Source: Patescibacteria group bacterium (GTDB taxonomy: Bacteria; Patescibacteriota; Patescibacteriia; UBA2196). Taken from it: a DNA stretch of 64,000 bases. Shown here piece by piece: positions 47,412 through 58,482 of the stretch. The notes beneath the pieces were generated by a model. That model did no database searches and was not told where the DNA came from. It worked only from the letters and a program-made list of their open reading frames with translations. A program made the position numbers and the translations under genes. The stretch spans positions 55,868 to 119,867 of the forward strand of contig DAIUDD010000002.1 in NCBI GenBank assembly GCA_036845805.1, read 5' to 3'. Every line of letters starts with the position of its first letter. Position 1 is the stretch's first letter.

Positions 47412-48521
47412 CTAATTAATGCGCGTTTTGACATTTTCAATCATACCGATGGCAATTAAGCTCATAACCAAAAAACTGCCGCCATAGCTGACAAAAGGTA
47501 AAGGCAATCCAGTAACCGGCAACACGCCGGTGGCCATACCGACATTAATCAAAAATTGAATAAAAAACATCATCGTTAAACCAAAGATTAAAAATAAACC
47601 AAAATCATTGCGGCAGTGATGCATGATGCGATAGAGACGATAAAAAATAACCAAATATAAAAGAAAAACGATCAGAGTGCCGGCAAAACCCCACTCTTCA
47701 CCCAGAGCAGCAAATATAAAATCAGCTTCGGAAACAGGTAAAAAGTGCAACTGACTTTGAGTACCCAGACCAAGACCGCGCCCCCATAACCCGCCAGAAC
47801 CAAGAGCGATAAGTGACTGCCGAACGTTGTAGCCGCTACCCAAAGGATCTAATTGCGGCTGCAAAAAAGTAATAATCCTGTCTTTTTGATAAGGTTGTAA
47901 AAAAAACTGCCAACCCACTACAGCCAAAATAACCAAGATCAAACAAAAAAATAAAAAATGTTTAATTTTTATACCAGTTAAAAAAAGCATAGCAAACCAA
48001 ATTAAAAAAATTACGACCATCGAACCAAAGTCGGGCTGCAAAACCACCAACAATAAAATTGGTAAAATAATAAAAAAAGATTTAAACCAAATATCAAGAG
48101 AAATTTTTTCACGGCTGGCTTTAGTAGATAAAAAACGAGCCAACAAAATAATAATGGCTATTTTGGCGATTTCTACTGGCTGCAAATTAAATGGGCCAAA
48201 AACAAACCAGCCGGTTGTACCTTGAATTGTTTGACCAAAAAAAAGTACGGAAATCAAAAGTACAAGAGACAAACCATATAACCACCAAGCAAAAGCATGC
48301 CAAAAACGATAATCAATAAAAGAAACTATTAATAACAAAACCAAGCCAAAAAGACTAAAAACTATCTGGCGATTTAAAGGATTAAAGTTTTTGTTATCAC
48401 TACTCAAGGTTAAACTATAGAGGGTGGATAAACCAAAGGCAATTAAAAGAAAAACGGCTACTAAAAGTAGCCAGTCAAAATTTTTAATTAAAGAAAAAAA
48501 TTTAGACCACATATAAGACAA
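47412..48521 (-). CDS. ftsW: SEDS-family peptidoglycan glycosyltransferase (FtsW/RodA)
   Basis: 10-TM protein with GSGYNVRQSLIALGSGGLWGRGLGLG and PVSEADFIFAALGEEWGFAG motifs. Confidence 0.85.
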   Translation of the reverse strand: MSYMWSKFFSLIKNFDWLLLVAVFLLIAFGLSTLYSLTLSSDNKNFNPLNRQIVFSLFGLVLLLIVSFIDYRFWHAFAWWLYGLSLVLLISVLFFGQTIQGTTGWFVFGPFNLQPVEIAKIAIIILLARFLSTKASREKISLDIWFKSFFIILPILLLVVLQPDFGSMVVIFLIWFAMLFLTGIKIKHFLFFCLILVILAVVGWQFFLQPYQKDRIITFLQPQLDPLGSGYNVRQSLIALGSGGLWGRGLGLGTQSQLHFLPVSEADFIFAALGEEWGFAGTLIVFLLYLVIFYRLYRIMHHCRNDFGLFLIFGLTMMFFIQFLINVGMATGVLPVTGLPLPFVSYGGSFLVMSLIAIGMIENVKTRIN

Positions 48522-49397
48522 CTATTTATTTTTCTGAACATTGGTTGTAGTGCCGCGCACAAAACGAGTTTCGGGATTCTCCCCTAACCAAATATAGTTG
48601 TTTGTCTCTAATAAGTCAATGTCGGGAATAATTTCAATGCGGCTGGGGGTAGATAATGCTTCTAGCCAACTAACCCTAAGCTGCCGAGTTTGACCGGCTA
48701 AAAATTTATCTAGGCTAACATAATTAACTGTTTCCGGATAATCACCTTGATATAAAATAACTTGCCAGCCGGTTTGCCACCAACCAAAATTATTATTATT
48801 AATTATTTCTAATTCCACTTCGGACGTACCACGTTCGGAAATAAAATTTTCTTTATTAATAACAAAATTATCTAATGCATTTAATAACTCCCGATCATTA
48901 AATTTTTGCCATTGCACATTTTCAATCTTTAATTCTACAACGCCAGGATAGTTATCAGAAAGATAAGCAAAGTGCCATAAAAATTTCTGCTGACCAGGCA
49001 AAACAAAGGCGCTTTTGGTCGTTAAGGGCAAGCCATCAACCACAAACACATAATCTAGGCGGCGCACCTGCCACCGAAAATTAGGATTATTAATTTTAGC
49101 CACCAAATCATATTTATTTTTATCGGTTTTAATTTGATAGGTGCCAAGAATTTGCAGCTCCTGGGGCTGACTATTTTTAAGATAATTGGCCCACGGACTT
49201 TCGAAAACAGTCAAATCGGCCAGAAGTTTTCGGTAGGCAGCGGTGGAGGAAGTATAAGCAACAAATTTGGTCCAAACATTGGCCCAGAGGAAAATATTTA
49301 ATAAAATCAAAACCATGACTCCAAACCGTTTTAAAAAAACTTGGTGTGCAACGAAAAAATATACCAATTGATAATACCATTTATTTTGTTCGTTCAT
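48522..49397 (-). CDS. Hypothetical membrane-anchored protein (291 aa), translationally coupled to ftsW
   Basis: N-terminal TM helix; no family recognised. Confidence 0.45.
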   Translation of the reverse strand: MNEQNKWYYQLVYFFVAHQVFLKRFGVMVLILLNIFLWANVWTKFVAYTSSTAAYRKLLADLTVFESPWANYLKNSQPQELQILGTYQIKTDKNKYDLVAKINNPNFRWQVRRLDYVFVVDGLPLTTKSAFVLPGQQKFLWHFAYLSDNYPGVVELKIENVQWQKFNDRELLNALDNFVINKENFISERGTSEVELEIINNNNFGWWQTGWQVILYQGDYPETVNYVSLDKFLAGQTRQLRVSWLEALSTPSRIEIIPDIDLLETNNYIWLGENPETRFVRGTTTNVQKNK

Positions 49398-49480
49398 ATC
49401 TTTTTTTAGTTTTCCACTTTTATTATATCATTTTTTAAAAAAATATGATATAATCAAATTATAATTTTTTACACAAAAAT

Positions 49481-49819
49481 ATGTTAGCAACTTCTAAAGA
49501 TCTTTTATATCTAGTACTGGCCTTCTGTGTTCTCTGGGTAACGGTTTTTTTCTGCTGGCTTTTGTATTATTTTATTTCGATTGTGGGTGGAATGAGAAAA
49601 ATAGTCAAAAGTGTTGAGAGTAAGATTGAAAAAATTGACCGGCTAATAGATTTGTTTAAAGATAAAATTGAAAATTCGACCAATTATCTATTTATGATGG
49701 TAGAAAGTGTGGGTAAATTAATGGACTATTTAAAAAATAAGAAAAAAGAATTTATGGAAGAAGATGAAGAAGAAATAAAAAAACAGAAAAAGAATACAAA
49801 AAAGGCAAAAACTGAATAA
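49481..49819 (+). CDS. Hypothetical membrane-anchored coiled-coil protein (112 aa)
   Basis: One TM helix and a Lys/Glu-rich tail. Confidence 0.4.
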   Translation: MLATSKDLLYLVLAFCVLWVTVFFCWLLYYFISIVGGMRKIVKSVESKIEKIDRLIDLFKDKIENSTNYLFMMVESVGKLMDYLKNKKKEFMEEDEEEIKKQKKNTKKAKTE

Positions 49820-49949
49820 AAAATAAATTATATAATTAACAAAAAAAGAGCTGAGAATAACTCTTTTTTTGTTTAATAAAAAATTTGTCAAGCATGGGTG
49901 TATTTGTTAAGATGATAATGTTAAATCATTACTTTTGAATTTTATCTTT

Positions 49950-52900
49950 ATGTTTATCTCCTTACATAACCATTCTCACTATTCTCTCCTAGATGGATTG
50001 CCAAAAATTGATGACTATATTAAAAAGGCAGTGGAATTTGGAATGCCAGCTTTAGCCTTAACCGACCATGGGGTAATGTATGGAGTAATTGAATTCTACC
50101 AAAAATGTCTAAAAGCAAACATTAAGCCAATTATTGGCTGTGAAGTATATCTGGCGCCTAGGGCATTACAATTAAAACATTATGGTGTTGATGAAAAAAA
50201 TAGCCACCTCATTCTTTTGGCTAAAAATGAAGAGGGTTATCGAAACCTGATGTTTCTTTCTACGGTAGCGCACTTGGATGGTTTTTATTACAAACCAAGG
50301 ATTGATAAAAAAATTTTAAAAGAAAAAGCAAGCGGACTTATTGCCACTTCGGCCTGTCTTAATGGGGAAATTCCCAAAGCCTTAAGAAATAATAATTTAT
50401 GGGAGGCGGAAAAATTACTTAAAGAATATCAAGAAATATTTGGACCAGAAAATTTTTTCTTAGAATTAGAATATATTGGTGCGGTTAAAGAACAATTGGA
50501 AGTCAATGAAAAATTAATTGCCTTGGCCAAAAAAACCGGTGCGCCAATGATAGCGGCGCGTGATACACATTATATTAGTGATGAAGATAAAATTGCCCAA
50601 GATGTGCTCGTCTGCGTCCAAACCGGAAAAACTCTAGATGACCAAAAAAGATTAAACATGACGGGAGCAGATTTGTCTTTTATTCAACCAGAAAAAATGG
50701 CAGAATTTTTTAAGGCGGTGCCTGAAGCAATTATCAATACCGAAAGAATTGCAGCCATGGTAGAACTAAAACTAGAATTAGGCAAGCTTAAATTTCCCCA
50801 ATTTCCTTTACCAGAAAACATTGATCCCAATAATTACCTAGAAAAAATTTCTTGGGAAGGTTTAAATAAAAAAATACCTGGCGCTGATGAGGAAACAAAA
50901 AAAAGACTGGCTTATGAATTAGAAGTAATTAATAAAAAGTGCTATGCGCCATATTTTTTAATTGTTTCTGATTTAATCAAGTTTGCCAGAGAACACAGCA
51001 TTCCCACCACAACCCGAGGATCAGCAGCTGGCTCTTTAGTCAGCTACACGGTAGACATCACTACTCTTAATCCACTTGATTATGGTTTGCCGTTTGAAAG
51101 ATTTTTAAATCCATTTCGGCCTTCACCACCAGATATTGATATGGATTTTGCTGATAATCGTCGAGAAGAAGTAGTAGAATATGCTAGACAAAAATATGGC
51201 CACGAAAAAGTAGCCAATATCGCTACCTTCGGCACCATGATGGCGCGCGGTTCAGTGAGAGACGTCACCAGAGTACTGGGTTTACCTTATGAATTTGGTG
51301 ATAAAATTGCTAAACTTATTCCTTTTGGGGCACAAGGTATGCCAATGACAATTAATAAAGCGCTTGGTTTGGTGCCGGAACTAGAAAATATTTATAAAAA
51401 CAATACCGACGCCCAAAAAGTAATTGATTTAGCTAAAAAAATCGAGGGCAGTGCCCGGCACGTATCGGTTCATGCAGCTGGAGTAGTAATTGCGCCAGAT
51501 ATTTTAACCAATTATACCCCGTTACAAAAAGACCCGAGTGTCCAACGCAACATTATCACCCAATATGAAATGCATGCTTGCGAGGAAGTTGGTTTAGTAA
51601 AAATGGATTTTTTGGGTATTAGAAATTTATCAATTTTAGGCGAAGCAGTAAAAATTATTGAAAAAACCAAAGGCATAAAAATTGATTTAGAGCAGCTGCC
51701 ACTAAACGATAAAAAAACTTTTGATTTTATTGCGGCCGGTCATACATTTGGCATGTTCCAACTCGGCGGTACTGGCATGACCAAATGGCTGATGGAATTA
51801 AAACCAACCAGCGTTAAAGAAATTATGGCCATGGTCGCCTTGTTTCGTCCTGGGCCAATGGAATCAATCCCTGAATTTATTGCCAGGAAACAAGGCAAGA
51901 AAAAAATTGAATATCTTGATCCAAAATTAGAGCCGATCCTGAAAGATACATATGGCGTAATTACCTACCAAGATGACTTACTTTTGATTGCTATTAATAT
52001 CGCCGGCTATAATTGGGAAACAGTGGACAAATTTCGCAAAGCAGTAGGTAAAAAAATACCAGAATTAATGGCGGAGCAGGAAAAAATTTTTATTGAAGGC
52101 TGTCAAAAACATAGCAACTTTAGTCTGGAAAAAGCTTTGGCTTTATGGCAATTGTTTGACCCCTTTAAAGGCTATGGTTTTAATAAAGCACATGCAGCTT
52201 CTTATGCTCTGGTGGCTTATCAAACAGCTTATCTAAAAGCCCATTATCCAAGCGAATTTATGACCGCGGTCATGACAGCCGAATATGAAGATCTAGATAA
52301 AATTGCCGAAGCGGTTCAAGAATGCCAAAATATCGGCATTCGAGTTTTGCCACCAGATATTAATCATTCGCGGCCAGACTTTACCTATCTTTCCGACCAA
52401 GAAATAATTTTTGGACTATTAGCAATTAAAAATTTGGGCGCTGATATTGCTAAAGCTATTATTGATAATAGAAAAAAAGAAGGCCAATTTAAATCTTTAA
52501 ATGATTTTTTAAAAAGAGTAAACCATAAAAATTTAAATAAAAAATCTCTGGAGGCCTTGATTAAATCCGGGGCCATGGATTCATTGGGCGAAAGAAATCA
52601 AACGCTGCAAAACATGGACGTGATTCTTAATTTTATTCGTCAAAGAAATAAGCCAGAAAATAACAATGGACAAGCTTCTTTGTTTGGCTCTTTACCAAAA
52701 ACAACGGAAGAAAGGGGTGTTGTTTTGGAGCCGGCACCGCCAGCGGATTTAAAAACCAAGTTAATTTGGGAAAAAGAACTACTGGGTCTTTATGTTTCTG
52801 GTCATCCTTTTAGTGAGACAGAAAAAATGGTAGCTGAAAAAATAACCCACAAGTGTGGAGAAATTGCTACTTTAAAAAACGCCCAAAAGGTGGCCATAGC

Positions 52901-53471
52901 TGGCTTGATTATAAAAGTACAAAAAATTCTAACTCGCCAACAAGAACCGATGGCTTTTGCCATCATAGCTGATTCTAGCGCGGAAATAGAACTGGTGATT
53001 TTTCCAGAAACTTTTAAAAGCACGACGGAAATTTGGCAAAATGATAAAAAAATATTTGTGATTGGCCAGACCAATTTTCGTGATGACAAACCCAAAGTGG
53101 CAGTTAATGAGGTTTTTGAAATAACCCAGGAAACTTGGAACGAAAAAACTGCCAAAATTAAAACGGAAACAATAAAAAATGTTTATGTCAAAAATGGAAA
53201 TGAAATTAAGGTGGGCCAGAAGCGGACCATACCGAGTGAATTGACGATAACCAGAATTTGGATAACTTTGCCTAAATTTTTTAATTCTAATATCCATCAA
53301 AAGCTAAAAAATATTTTTGACAATTATCCGGGTGAGACAAAAGTTTTTTTAAAATTAAATCAAAGCGGAGTGTGGCGTAAGATTGAGACTGATTTTAAAA
53401 TATTTTATCGACCAGAGATTGGACAAAAACTTGAAGAAATAGTGGGAAGTGGTAATATAAAAACAGAATAA
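49950..53471 (+). CDS. dnaE: DNA polymerase III alpha subunit
   Basis: PHP domain (SLHNHSHYSLLDG), polymerase core, OB fold; start set at MFISLHN by alignment. Confidence 0.9.
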   Translation: MFISLHNHSHYSLLDGLPKIDDYIKKAVEFGMPALALTDHGVMYGVIEFYQKCLKANIKPIIGCEVYLAPRALQLKHYGVDEKNSHLILLAKNEEGYRNLMFLSTVAHLDGFYYKPRIDKKILKEKASGLIATSACLNGEIPKALRNNNLWEAEKLLKEYQEIFGPENFFLELEYIGAVKEQLEVNEKLIALAKKTGAPMIAARDTHYISDEDKIAQDVLVCVQTGKTLDDQKRLNMTGADLSFIQPEKMAEFFKAVPEAIINTERIAAMVELKLELGKLKFPQFPLPENIDPNNYLEKISWEGLNKKIPGADEETKKRLAYELEVINKKCYAPYFLIVSDLIKFAREHSIPTTTRGSAAGSLVSYTVDITTLNPLDYGLPFERFLNPFRPSPPDIDMDFADNRREEVVEYARQKYGHEKVANIATFGTMMARGSVRDVTRVLGLPYEFGDKIAKLIPFGAQGMPMTINKALGLVPELENIYKNNTDAQKVIDLAKKIEGSARHVSVHAAGVVIAPDILTNYTPLQKDPSVQRNIITQYEMHACEEVGLVKMDFLGIRNLSILGEAVKIIEKTKGIKIDLEQLPLNDKKTFDFIAAGHTFGMFQLGGTGMTKWLMELKPTSVKEIMAMVALFRPGPMESIPEFIARKQGKKKIEYLDPKLEPILKDTYGVITYQDDLLLIAINIAGYNWETVDKFRKAVGKKIPELMAEQEKIFIEGCQKHSNFSLEKALALWQLFDPFKGYGFNKAHAASYALVAYQTAYLKAHYPSEFMTAVMTAEYEDLDKIAEAVQECQNIGIRVLPPDINHSRPDFTYLSDQEIIFGLLAIKNLGADIAKAIIDNRKKEGQFKSLNDFLKRVNHKNLNKKSLEALIKSGAMDSLGERNQTLQNMDVILNFIRQRNKPENNNGQASLFGSLPKTTEERGVVLEPAPPADLKTKLIWEKELLGLYVSGHPFSETEKMVAEKITHKCGEIATLKNAQKVAIAGLIIKVQKILTRQQEPMAFAIIADSSAEIELVIFPETFKSTTEIWQNDKKIFVIGQTNFRDDKPKVAVNEVFEITQETWNEKTAKIKTETIKNVYVKNGNEIKVGQKRTIPSELTITRIWITLPKFFNSNIHQKLKNIFDNYPGETKVFLKLNQSGVWRKIETDFKIFYRPEIGQKLEEIVGSGNIKTE

Positions 53472-53490
53472 AATATAAAAATTAAAATAT

Positions 53491-54636
53491 ATGCCTTACA
53501 AAAATCAAAATCCAGCATCAAAACCAATTTTTAAAAAAATTATTATTTCCTTTACTGTTTTAGCAATCGTGCTTTTACTTTTAGTAAGTTATTTTTCACT
53601 AGCCAAGGCCACCATCACATTAACGCTGGGGGAAGAAAATAAACCACTTGCTATTGATTTAATTATTGCCCCCACTTCTACCGTCGGAGCACTAATTGGA
53701 AAAATAGTTGATGAACAAATGACACTTAGCCAAAATTTTACGGTCGCTAATTTTACAGAAAGTCCCGGGCTGGCTGAAGGACAAGTAAAAATTATTAATA
53801 ATAGCACTCGAGCGCAAACTTTAATAAAAACCACCCGTCTTTTAACTCCCGATGATTTATTATTCCGGTTAAAAGAGGATGTGTCTATTCCAGCAGGCAA
53901 AGAAACAATGGCCACGGTCTATGCTGATCAAGAGGGTGGAAAATATGATATCCAACCTACTAAATTTACTATCCCGGGCTTATCAAAAGAGCTGCAAAAA
54001 GTAATTTATGCCATTTCAGAAACACCAATGACTGGTGGTTTTAAAAAAACAGGAGTTCTAACGGAAAACGATCTTAATCAAGCACAAGAAAAAATGAAAA
54101 ACGAACTAAAAGATCTAATTAAAAAAGAATTAGAAAAAAAATATTCCGGAACAACTTTTTTGCTAAATTTAATTAATTACGAAATAATTAACCAGAAAAG
54201 CGAGCCGGCAATTGGTACGACGGTTGATAAATTTTCTCTAATTTACCAACTCGGCGTTAAAGCTGTGGTCATAACGGAAAATGAATTGATTTTGGCCGCA
54301 CAGGAAAAATATAAAAATAAAATTATTGAAACTTCAAATAGTGCTAACCTCGAACAAATAACCAACTGGCAAAATGAAAATTTTGAATATTGGTTAAAAG
54401 AAATTTCGCCAAGCAACGAAACAGCAACTATCGCCACCAAGGTGACGGCAGAATTATCAGGCAAACTAGAGGTGGAAAAAATTAATAAAAAAGACTTGGC
54501 CGGCTTTGATCAAAAAGGTGTAGAATATTATTTTTCTCAATACCCGAGCATTAAACAAGTAGAAGTTAAATTCTGGCCCTTCTGGGTTAAAAGCATGCCA
54601 GCTAGCCCAGAAAGAATAACGATTATTACGAAATAA
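53491..54636 (+). CDS. Hypothetical N-terminally membrane-anchored protein, paralog of 4602..5813
   Basis: Same architecture and conserved blocks as the 4602 ORF. Confidence 0.6.
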   Translation: MPYKNQNPASKPIFKKIIISFTVLAIVLLLLVSYFSLAKATITLTLGEENKPLAIDLIIAPTSTVGALIGKIVDEQMTLSQNFTVANFTESPGLAEGQVKIINNSTRAQTLIKTTRLLTPDDLLFRLKEDVSIPAGKETMATVYADQEGGKYDIQPTKFTIPGLSKELQKVIYAISETPMTGGFKKTGVLTENDLNQAQEKMKNELKDLIKKELEKKYSGTTFLLNLINYEIINQKSEPAIGTTVDKFSLIYQLGVKAVVITENELILAAQEKYKNKIIETSNSANLEQITNWQNENFEYWLKEISPSNETATIATKVTAELSGKLEVEKINKKDLAGFDQKGVEYYFSQYPSIKQVEVKFWPFWVKSMPASPERITIITK

Positions 54637-54644
54637 GCCATAAA

Positions 54645-54670
54645 GACCTCCTAAATAAGGAGGTTTTTGT
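54645..54670 (+). terminator. Terminator (gacctcctaaataaggaggt + T-run)
   Basis: Perfect hairpin plus T-run. Confidence 0.6.
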
Positions 54671-54795
54671 GGCTTGAGATTATGTTTTTAATTTCAATTA
54701 AAGTTTTAAAAAAATCAAGATTTTTTTAGAGTTAATGTTTGACTAAAACTAAAGAATAGTTTAGAATATAAATGCTTTATAACTAATTATCTTAT

Positions 54796-55473
54796 ATGAC
54801 AAAAGTTTCTCTTAATTTAAAAGCGGAAAAACGTGAAATTACCGGTAAGGCGGTCGCAAAACTAAGAGCCGAAAACAAAATTCCGGCCGTGGTTTATGGT
54901 CATAATATCGATAATATTAACGTGATGGTTAATGCGGTTGATTTAGAAAAAATCATGCGTCAAAGTAGCGCTTCGGATTTAATTGATCTACAAGTTGGCG
55001 ATAATCCAGCGGTCAAGGTATTAGTTCATGAAATTGACCGCGAACCAGTTAGGGGCCAGATCAGACATGTAGATTTTTATCAGGTTAACATGAAAGAAAA
55101 GATCAGTACAGACGTATCTTTAAACTTTATTGGCGAATCACCAGCGGTTAAGGATTTATCGGGAGTTTTAATTAAAACCTTAGATAAAATAGAAATTGAA
55201 TGTTTGCCAGGAGATTTGATTTCAAATCTAGAGATTGATTTGTCTTTATTAAAACAAATCGGTGATAGTTTGCGTGTTAAAGATCTGGACGTGCCAGAAA
55301 AAATTACGGTTTTAACTGAACCGGAAACAACGGTAGTATTAGTAGAAGAACAAAAAGTAGAAGTGGTTGAAGAAAAACCAACTGAAGTAGCAACTGGCGA
55401 ACAACCCGCAGCCGAACAAAATGCCGAGAATGACGAACAAACTCCGGCTAATGAAAAAAATAATGAAGCTTAA
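54796..55473 (+). CDS. rplY: 50S ribosomal protein L25 (Ctc form)
   Basis: MTKVSLNLKAEKREITGKAVAKLRAENKIPAVVYG... plus the acidic C-terminal Ctc extension. Confidence 0.85.
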   Translation: MTKVSLNLKAEKREITGKAVAKLRAENKIPAVVYGHNIDNINVMVNAVDLEKIMRQSSASDLIDLQVGDNPAVKVLVHEIDREPVRGQIRHVDFYQVNMKEKISTDVSLNFIGESPAVKDLSGVLIKTLDKIEIECLPGDLISNLEIDLSLLKQIGDSLRVKDLDVPEKITVLTEPETTVVLVEEQKVEVVEEKPTEVATGEQPAAEQNAENDEQTPANEKNNEA

Positions 55474-56521
55474 AAAAATAAAAAGACAATTTTTGATCAG
55501 AGCTGGCTTATGGCTGGCTCTTTTGGTAATTATAATTGGTGTTTTTTTTGTTTTGAAACAGCCAAAAGAAATAAATGAGGCGTCGCTAACTAAAGAAACA
55601 GCCCAATCTTGCCTGATGCGTAAAATCGATGGAGTGTGTATAGAAAATAAAGAAAGCCAAGATCTTTGGCCAGTAGCTTTGATGATCGATAATAACCCCG
55701 AGGCTTGGCCACAAAATGGATTGAGTCAGGCACAAGTCGTTTATAATACTTTGGTGGAAGGCGGCACAACCAGAATAATGGCTGTTTTTGCCAGTACGGA
55801 AAAAATAAAAAAAATCGGTCCAATTAGAAGCAGCCGGCCTTATTACTTGAACTGGGTTAAAGAATTAGATGCGCTTTATGGCCATTCGGGAGGCTCACCC
55901 GAGGCGTTGGAAAAAATTATTAAAGAAGAAATACTTAATTTGGAAGAAATTACTTCTTATGGGCCAAAATATTTTTATCGTGATAAAAATAAACTGGCGC
56001 CGCATAATCTTTTTACTGACAGCGAAAAAATAAACCGGGCGCGTCAAGATTGGGAACTTAATAACAAAGCCACAACTTATGTCGCCAGAAAATTTAATCA
56101 AAACAACAGTTTTGCCATTGGTCAGGAAATAAAAAAAATAAGTATTGATTATGCGGCTGGCCAATTGTTTGATGTTGGTTATCAATACCAAACTTCTACC
56201 GAAGATTTTATCCGCTATCAAAATAATGATTTGCAAATTGATGCTAATGATAAAGAGGCAATAAAAATTAAAAATATTATTGTCCAAATCGTGCCCGAAG
56301 AAAAACACCTGGACGAGCTTGATCGTTTAAGCATTGAAACAATCGGCACAGGTACGGCGATGTTTTTATCGCAAGGAAAATTAATCAAAGGCACTTGGCA
56401 GAAAAAATTCATAAGCGAGCCAACAAAATTTTTTGATAGTTCTCAACAAGAAATAATTTTTACGCCGGGTAATATTTGGATCGAAATAGTGCCGGGCGAA
56501 AGAGAAATAAAAATAGAATAA
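55451..56521 (+). CDS. DUF3048 (YerB-like) membrane-anchored protein
   Basis: WPVALMIDNNPEAWPQNGLSQAQVVYNTLVEGGTTRIMAVFAS matches the DUF3048 N-terminal domain; start uncertain and overlaps the rplY end. Confidence 0.6.
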   Translation: MKKIMKLKKIKRQFLIRAGLWLALLVIIIGVFFVLKQPKEINEASLTKETAQSCLMRKIDGVCIENKESQDLWPVALMIDNNPEAWPQNGLSQAQVVYNTLVEGGTTRIMAVFASTEKIKKIGPIRSSRPYYLNWVKELDALYGHSGGSPEALEKIIKEEILNLEEITSYGPKYFYRDKNKLAPHNLFTDSEKINRARQDWELNNKATTYVARKFNQNNSFAIGQEIKKISIDYAAGQLFDVGYQYQTSTEDFIRYQNNDLQIDANDKEAIKIKNIIVQIVPEEKHLDELDRLSIETIGTGTAMFLSQGKLIKGTWQKKFISEPTKFFDSSQQEIIFTPGNIWIEIVPGEREIKIE

Positions 56522-56530
56522 ACATAAAAA

Positions 56531-56560
56531 ACACCTTGAAAATAACAAGGTGTTTTTTAA
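56531..56560. terminator. Bidirectional terminator (acaccttgaaaataacaaggtgt)
   Basis: Perfect hairpin with A and T flanks. Confidence 0.6.
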
Positions 56561-56609
56561 TTCATGATATTTAATTATTTGCATTAATTGCCATTAATTT
56601 TAATGTATG

Positions 56610-57428
56610 TCATTTAGTGTCTAATCGCCACCATTTCCAAAAATATTTAATCCAAGAGATAATATGAATCCAGGCCATCTTCCTGGTTAAATCTAAAAAC
56701 CAATGATTGGCGCCAGATTCGCGCGCATAATAATGAATCATTTGACTATGCGGCACATACCAAACCTCATAACCAGATTGCCAAACACGGCGGCACAAAT
56801 CCACATCTTCCATATACATAAAAAATCTTTCATCAAAACCAGCGGTAAGGCGTTCTAAAACACTGCGACGCAACATCAAAGCACTGCCACGCGCCCAATC
56901 AATTTTGTGTGGTTCTGCGCTAGAAACATCTTCCATAAAATATTCTTTGATCTGCTGCCGCCAAATTTTTTTTAAACCCGTACGTATTAAAGCCGGCAAG
57001 AGGAAAATCTTAGGGAAACGATAACGCGACTGCTGTTCAGTGCGATTAGGGTTAAGCAGACGCGGCGCCACTAGACCAATTTGAGTCCGTGGGTGAATAA
57101 AGCGCCACAAATTTTCAATCGCCTGATCTAAAACCACCACGTCGGGATTGAGAATTAAAAGATATTCTCCCCGTGCCTGTGCCAAACCCAAATTATTGCC
57201 GGCGCCCATGCCGCGATTGTCATGATTTAAAATTAAGCGGTGGCCAGGAAAATAATCATGCATCATTTCTGCCAAGCCATCGTTTGAATTATTGTCCACC
57301 ACGATAACCTCATAATCAAAAGGTAAGGAAAAACGAGCAATGTTTTTTAAACACTGCTTAACTAAATTCTTTGTTTTATAATTAAGGATAATGATAGATA
57401 AAACCATATTTTTTAAGCCACAAACCAT
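56610..57428 (-). CDS. Family 2 glycosyltransferase
   Basis: LSIIILNYKT...VIVVDNNSNDG...LILNPDVVV GT-A motifs. Confidence 0.8.
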   Translation of the reverse strand: MVCGLKNMVLSIIILNYKTKNLVKQCLKNIARFSLPFDYEVIVVDNNSNDGLAEMMHDYFPGHRLILNHDNRGMGAGNNLGLAQARGEYLLILNPDVVVLDQAIENLWRFIHPRTQIGLVAPRLLNPNRTEQQSRYRFPKIFLLPALIRTGLKKIWRQQIKEYFMEDVSSAEPHKIDWARGSALMLRRSVLERLTAGFDERFFMYMEDVDLCRRVWQSGYEVWYVPHSQMIHYYARESGANHWFLDLTRKMAWIHIISWIKYFWKWWRLDTK

Positions 57429-58453
57429 TTTCTAAGAGCGGCAGCTGGCAAATGTTTCCGGCCAAAAGTAATTCTTCTCTTAAGAATCATGCGCGGTAAA
57501 AGTTTAAAAAATTGTCCATAAGCTCTTAGAGTTTTGGGCTCAAAAAATAACAAAAAAATAAATTTTTTAAACTCCAACCAAACAATAAAGGGCAGGTGCC
57601 GCCAAAAGTTGGCGCCGGATTCGTTTTTAATTAAGACAAAAAGATGATTTTTGTAAGAATGAAAATTAATTAATTGAGATTTAGCACGCCGTGCTTTTCT
57701 AATGGCCAAAAATTGCCACGGGCGTAAATTTTGATTGCGTGCTGACCGAAAGTGATAAGCCTTGGCCGAAGGCACAAAAAAACTTTGCCAGTTAAGCAAC
57801 CGTAACCGATAAGACAGATCAAAATCATCTTGATAGGCAAAAAAATCTTCATCAAAATATTCGTCTTGAAATTTAATGCTCTCTAAAGCGACGCGTCGAT
57901 ACAACACACATCCACCAGAAAAACCAAAAACTTCTTGAAGGTTATCATATTGGCCAATATCTTTTTCGCCTTCGCCAATATTCTTAACCAGACGTGATTT
58001 TTTCACCAAAAGACCATAAGAATCAACGATGTCGGTTTTAGCAACTCTGGCTAACCCTCCTTCTTCTAATAATGTTTCGGCGCGTAAAATTTTGCCAGAC
58101 AAAGCGGCGGTATTATCTGTGGCTTTAAGTGCCGCCGCCATTATTTCGGCCAAAAAATTTTCTGCCAAAATGACATCGGGGTTCATAATCAAAACCCAGT
58201 CGCTATAATGCATTTTAAGGGTTTGATTATAAGCGCGACAAAAACCCAAATTGTTAATGTTTTTTAAAATGTGCACTTCCGGATAATTATTTCTTATAAA
58301 TTCTACCGTGCCGTCGCTAGAGCCGTTATCAACTAAATTTACCGCAATTTGAAAATTTTTATCATGCCAAACACTTTGCTGGAAAATCGCTTCCAAACAA
58401 TCTTTAATGAATTTCATGGAATTCCAAGTGACCAGACAAATAGAAATACTCAT
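57413..58453 (-). CDS. Family 2 glycosyltransferase
   Basis: ISICLVTWNS...NLVDNGSSDGT...NPDVIL. Confidence 0.8.
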   Translation of the reverse strand: MSISICLVTWNSMKFIKDCLEAIFQQSVWHDKNFQIAVNLVDNGSSDGTVEFIRNNYPEVHILKNINNLGFCRAYNQTLKMHYSDWVLIMNPDVILAENFLAEIMAAALKATDNTAALSGKILRAETLLEEGGLARVAKTDIVDSYGLLVKKSRLVKNIGEGEKDIGQYDNLQEVFGFSGGCVLYRRVALESIKFQDEYFDEDFFAYQDDFDLSYRLRLLNWQSFFVPSAKAYHFRSARNQNLRPWQFLAIRKARRAKSQLINFHSYKNHLFVLIKNESGANFWRHLPFIVWLEFKKFIFLLFFEPKTLRAYGQFFKLLPRMILKRRITFGRKHLPAAALRKWFVA

Positions 58454-58482
58454 AAAGTTTAATTTTAAATATTAACAAAATA

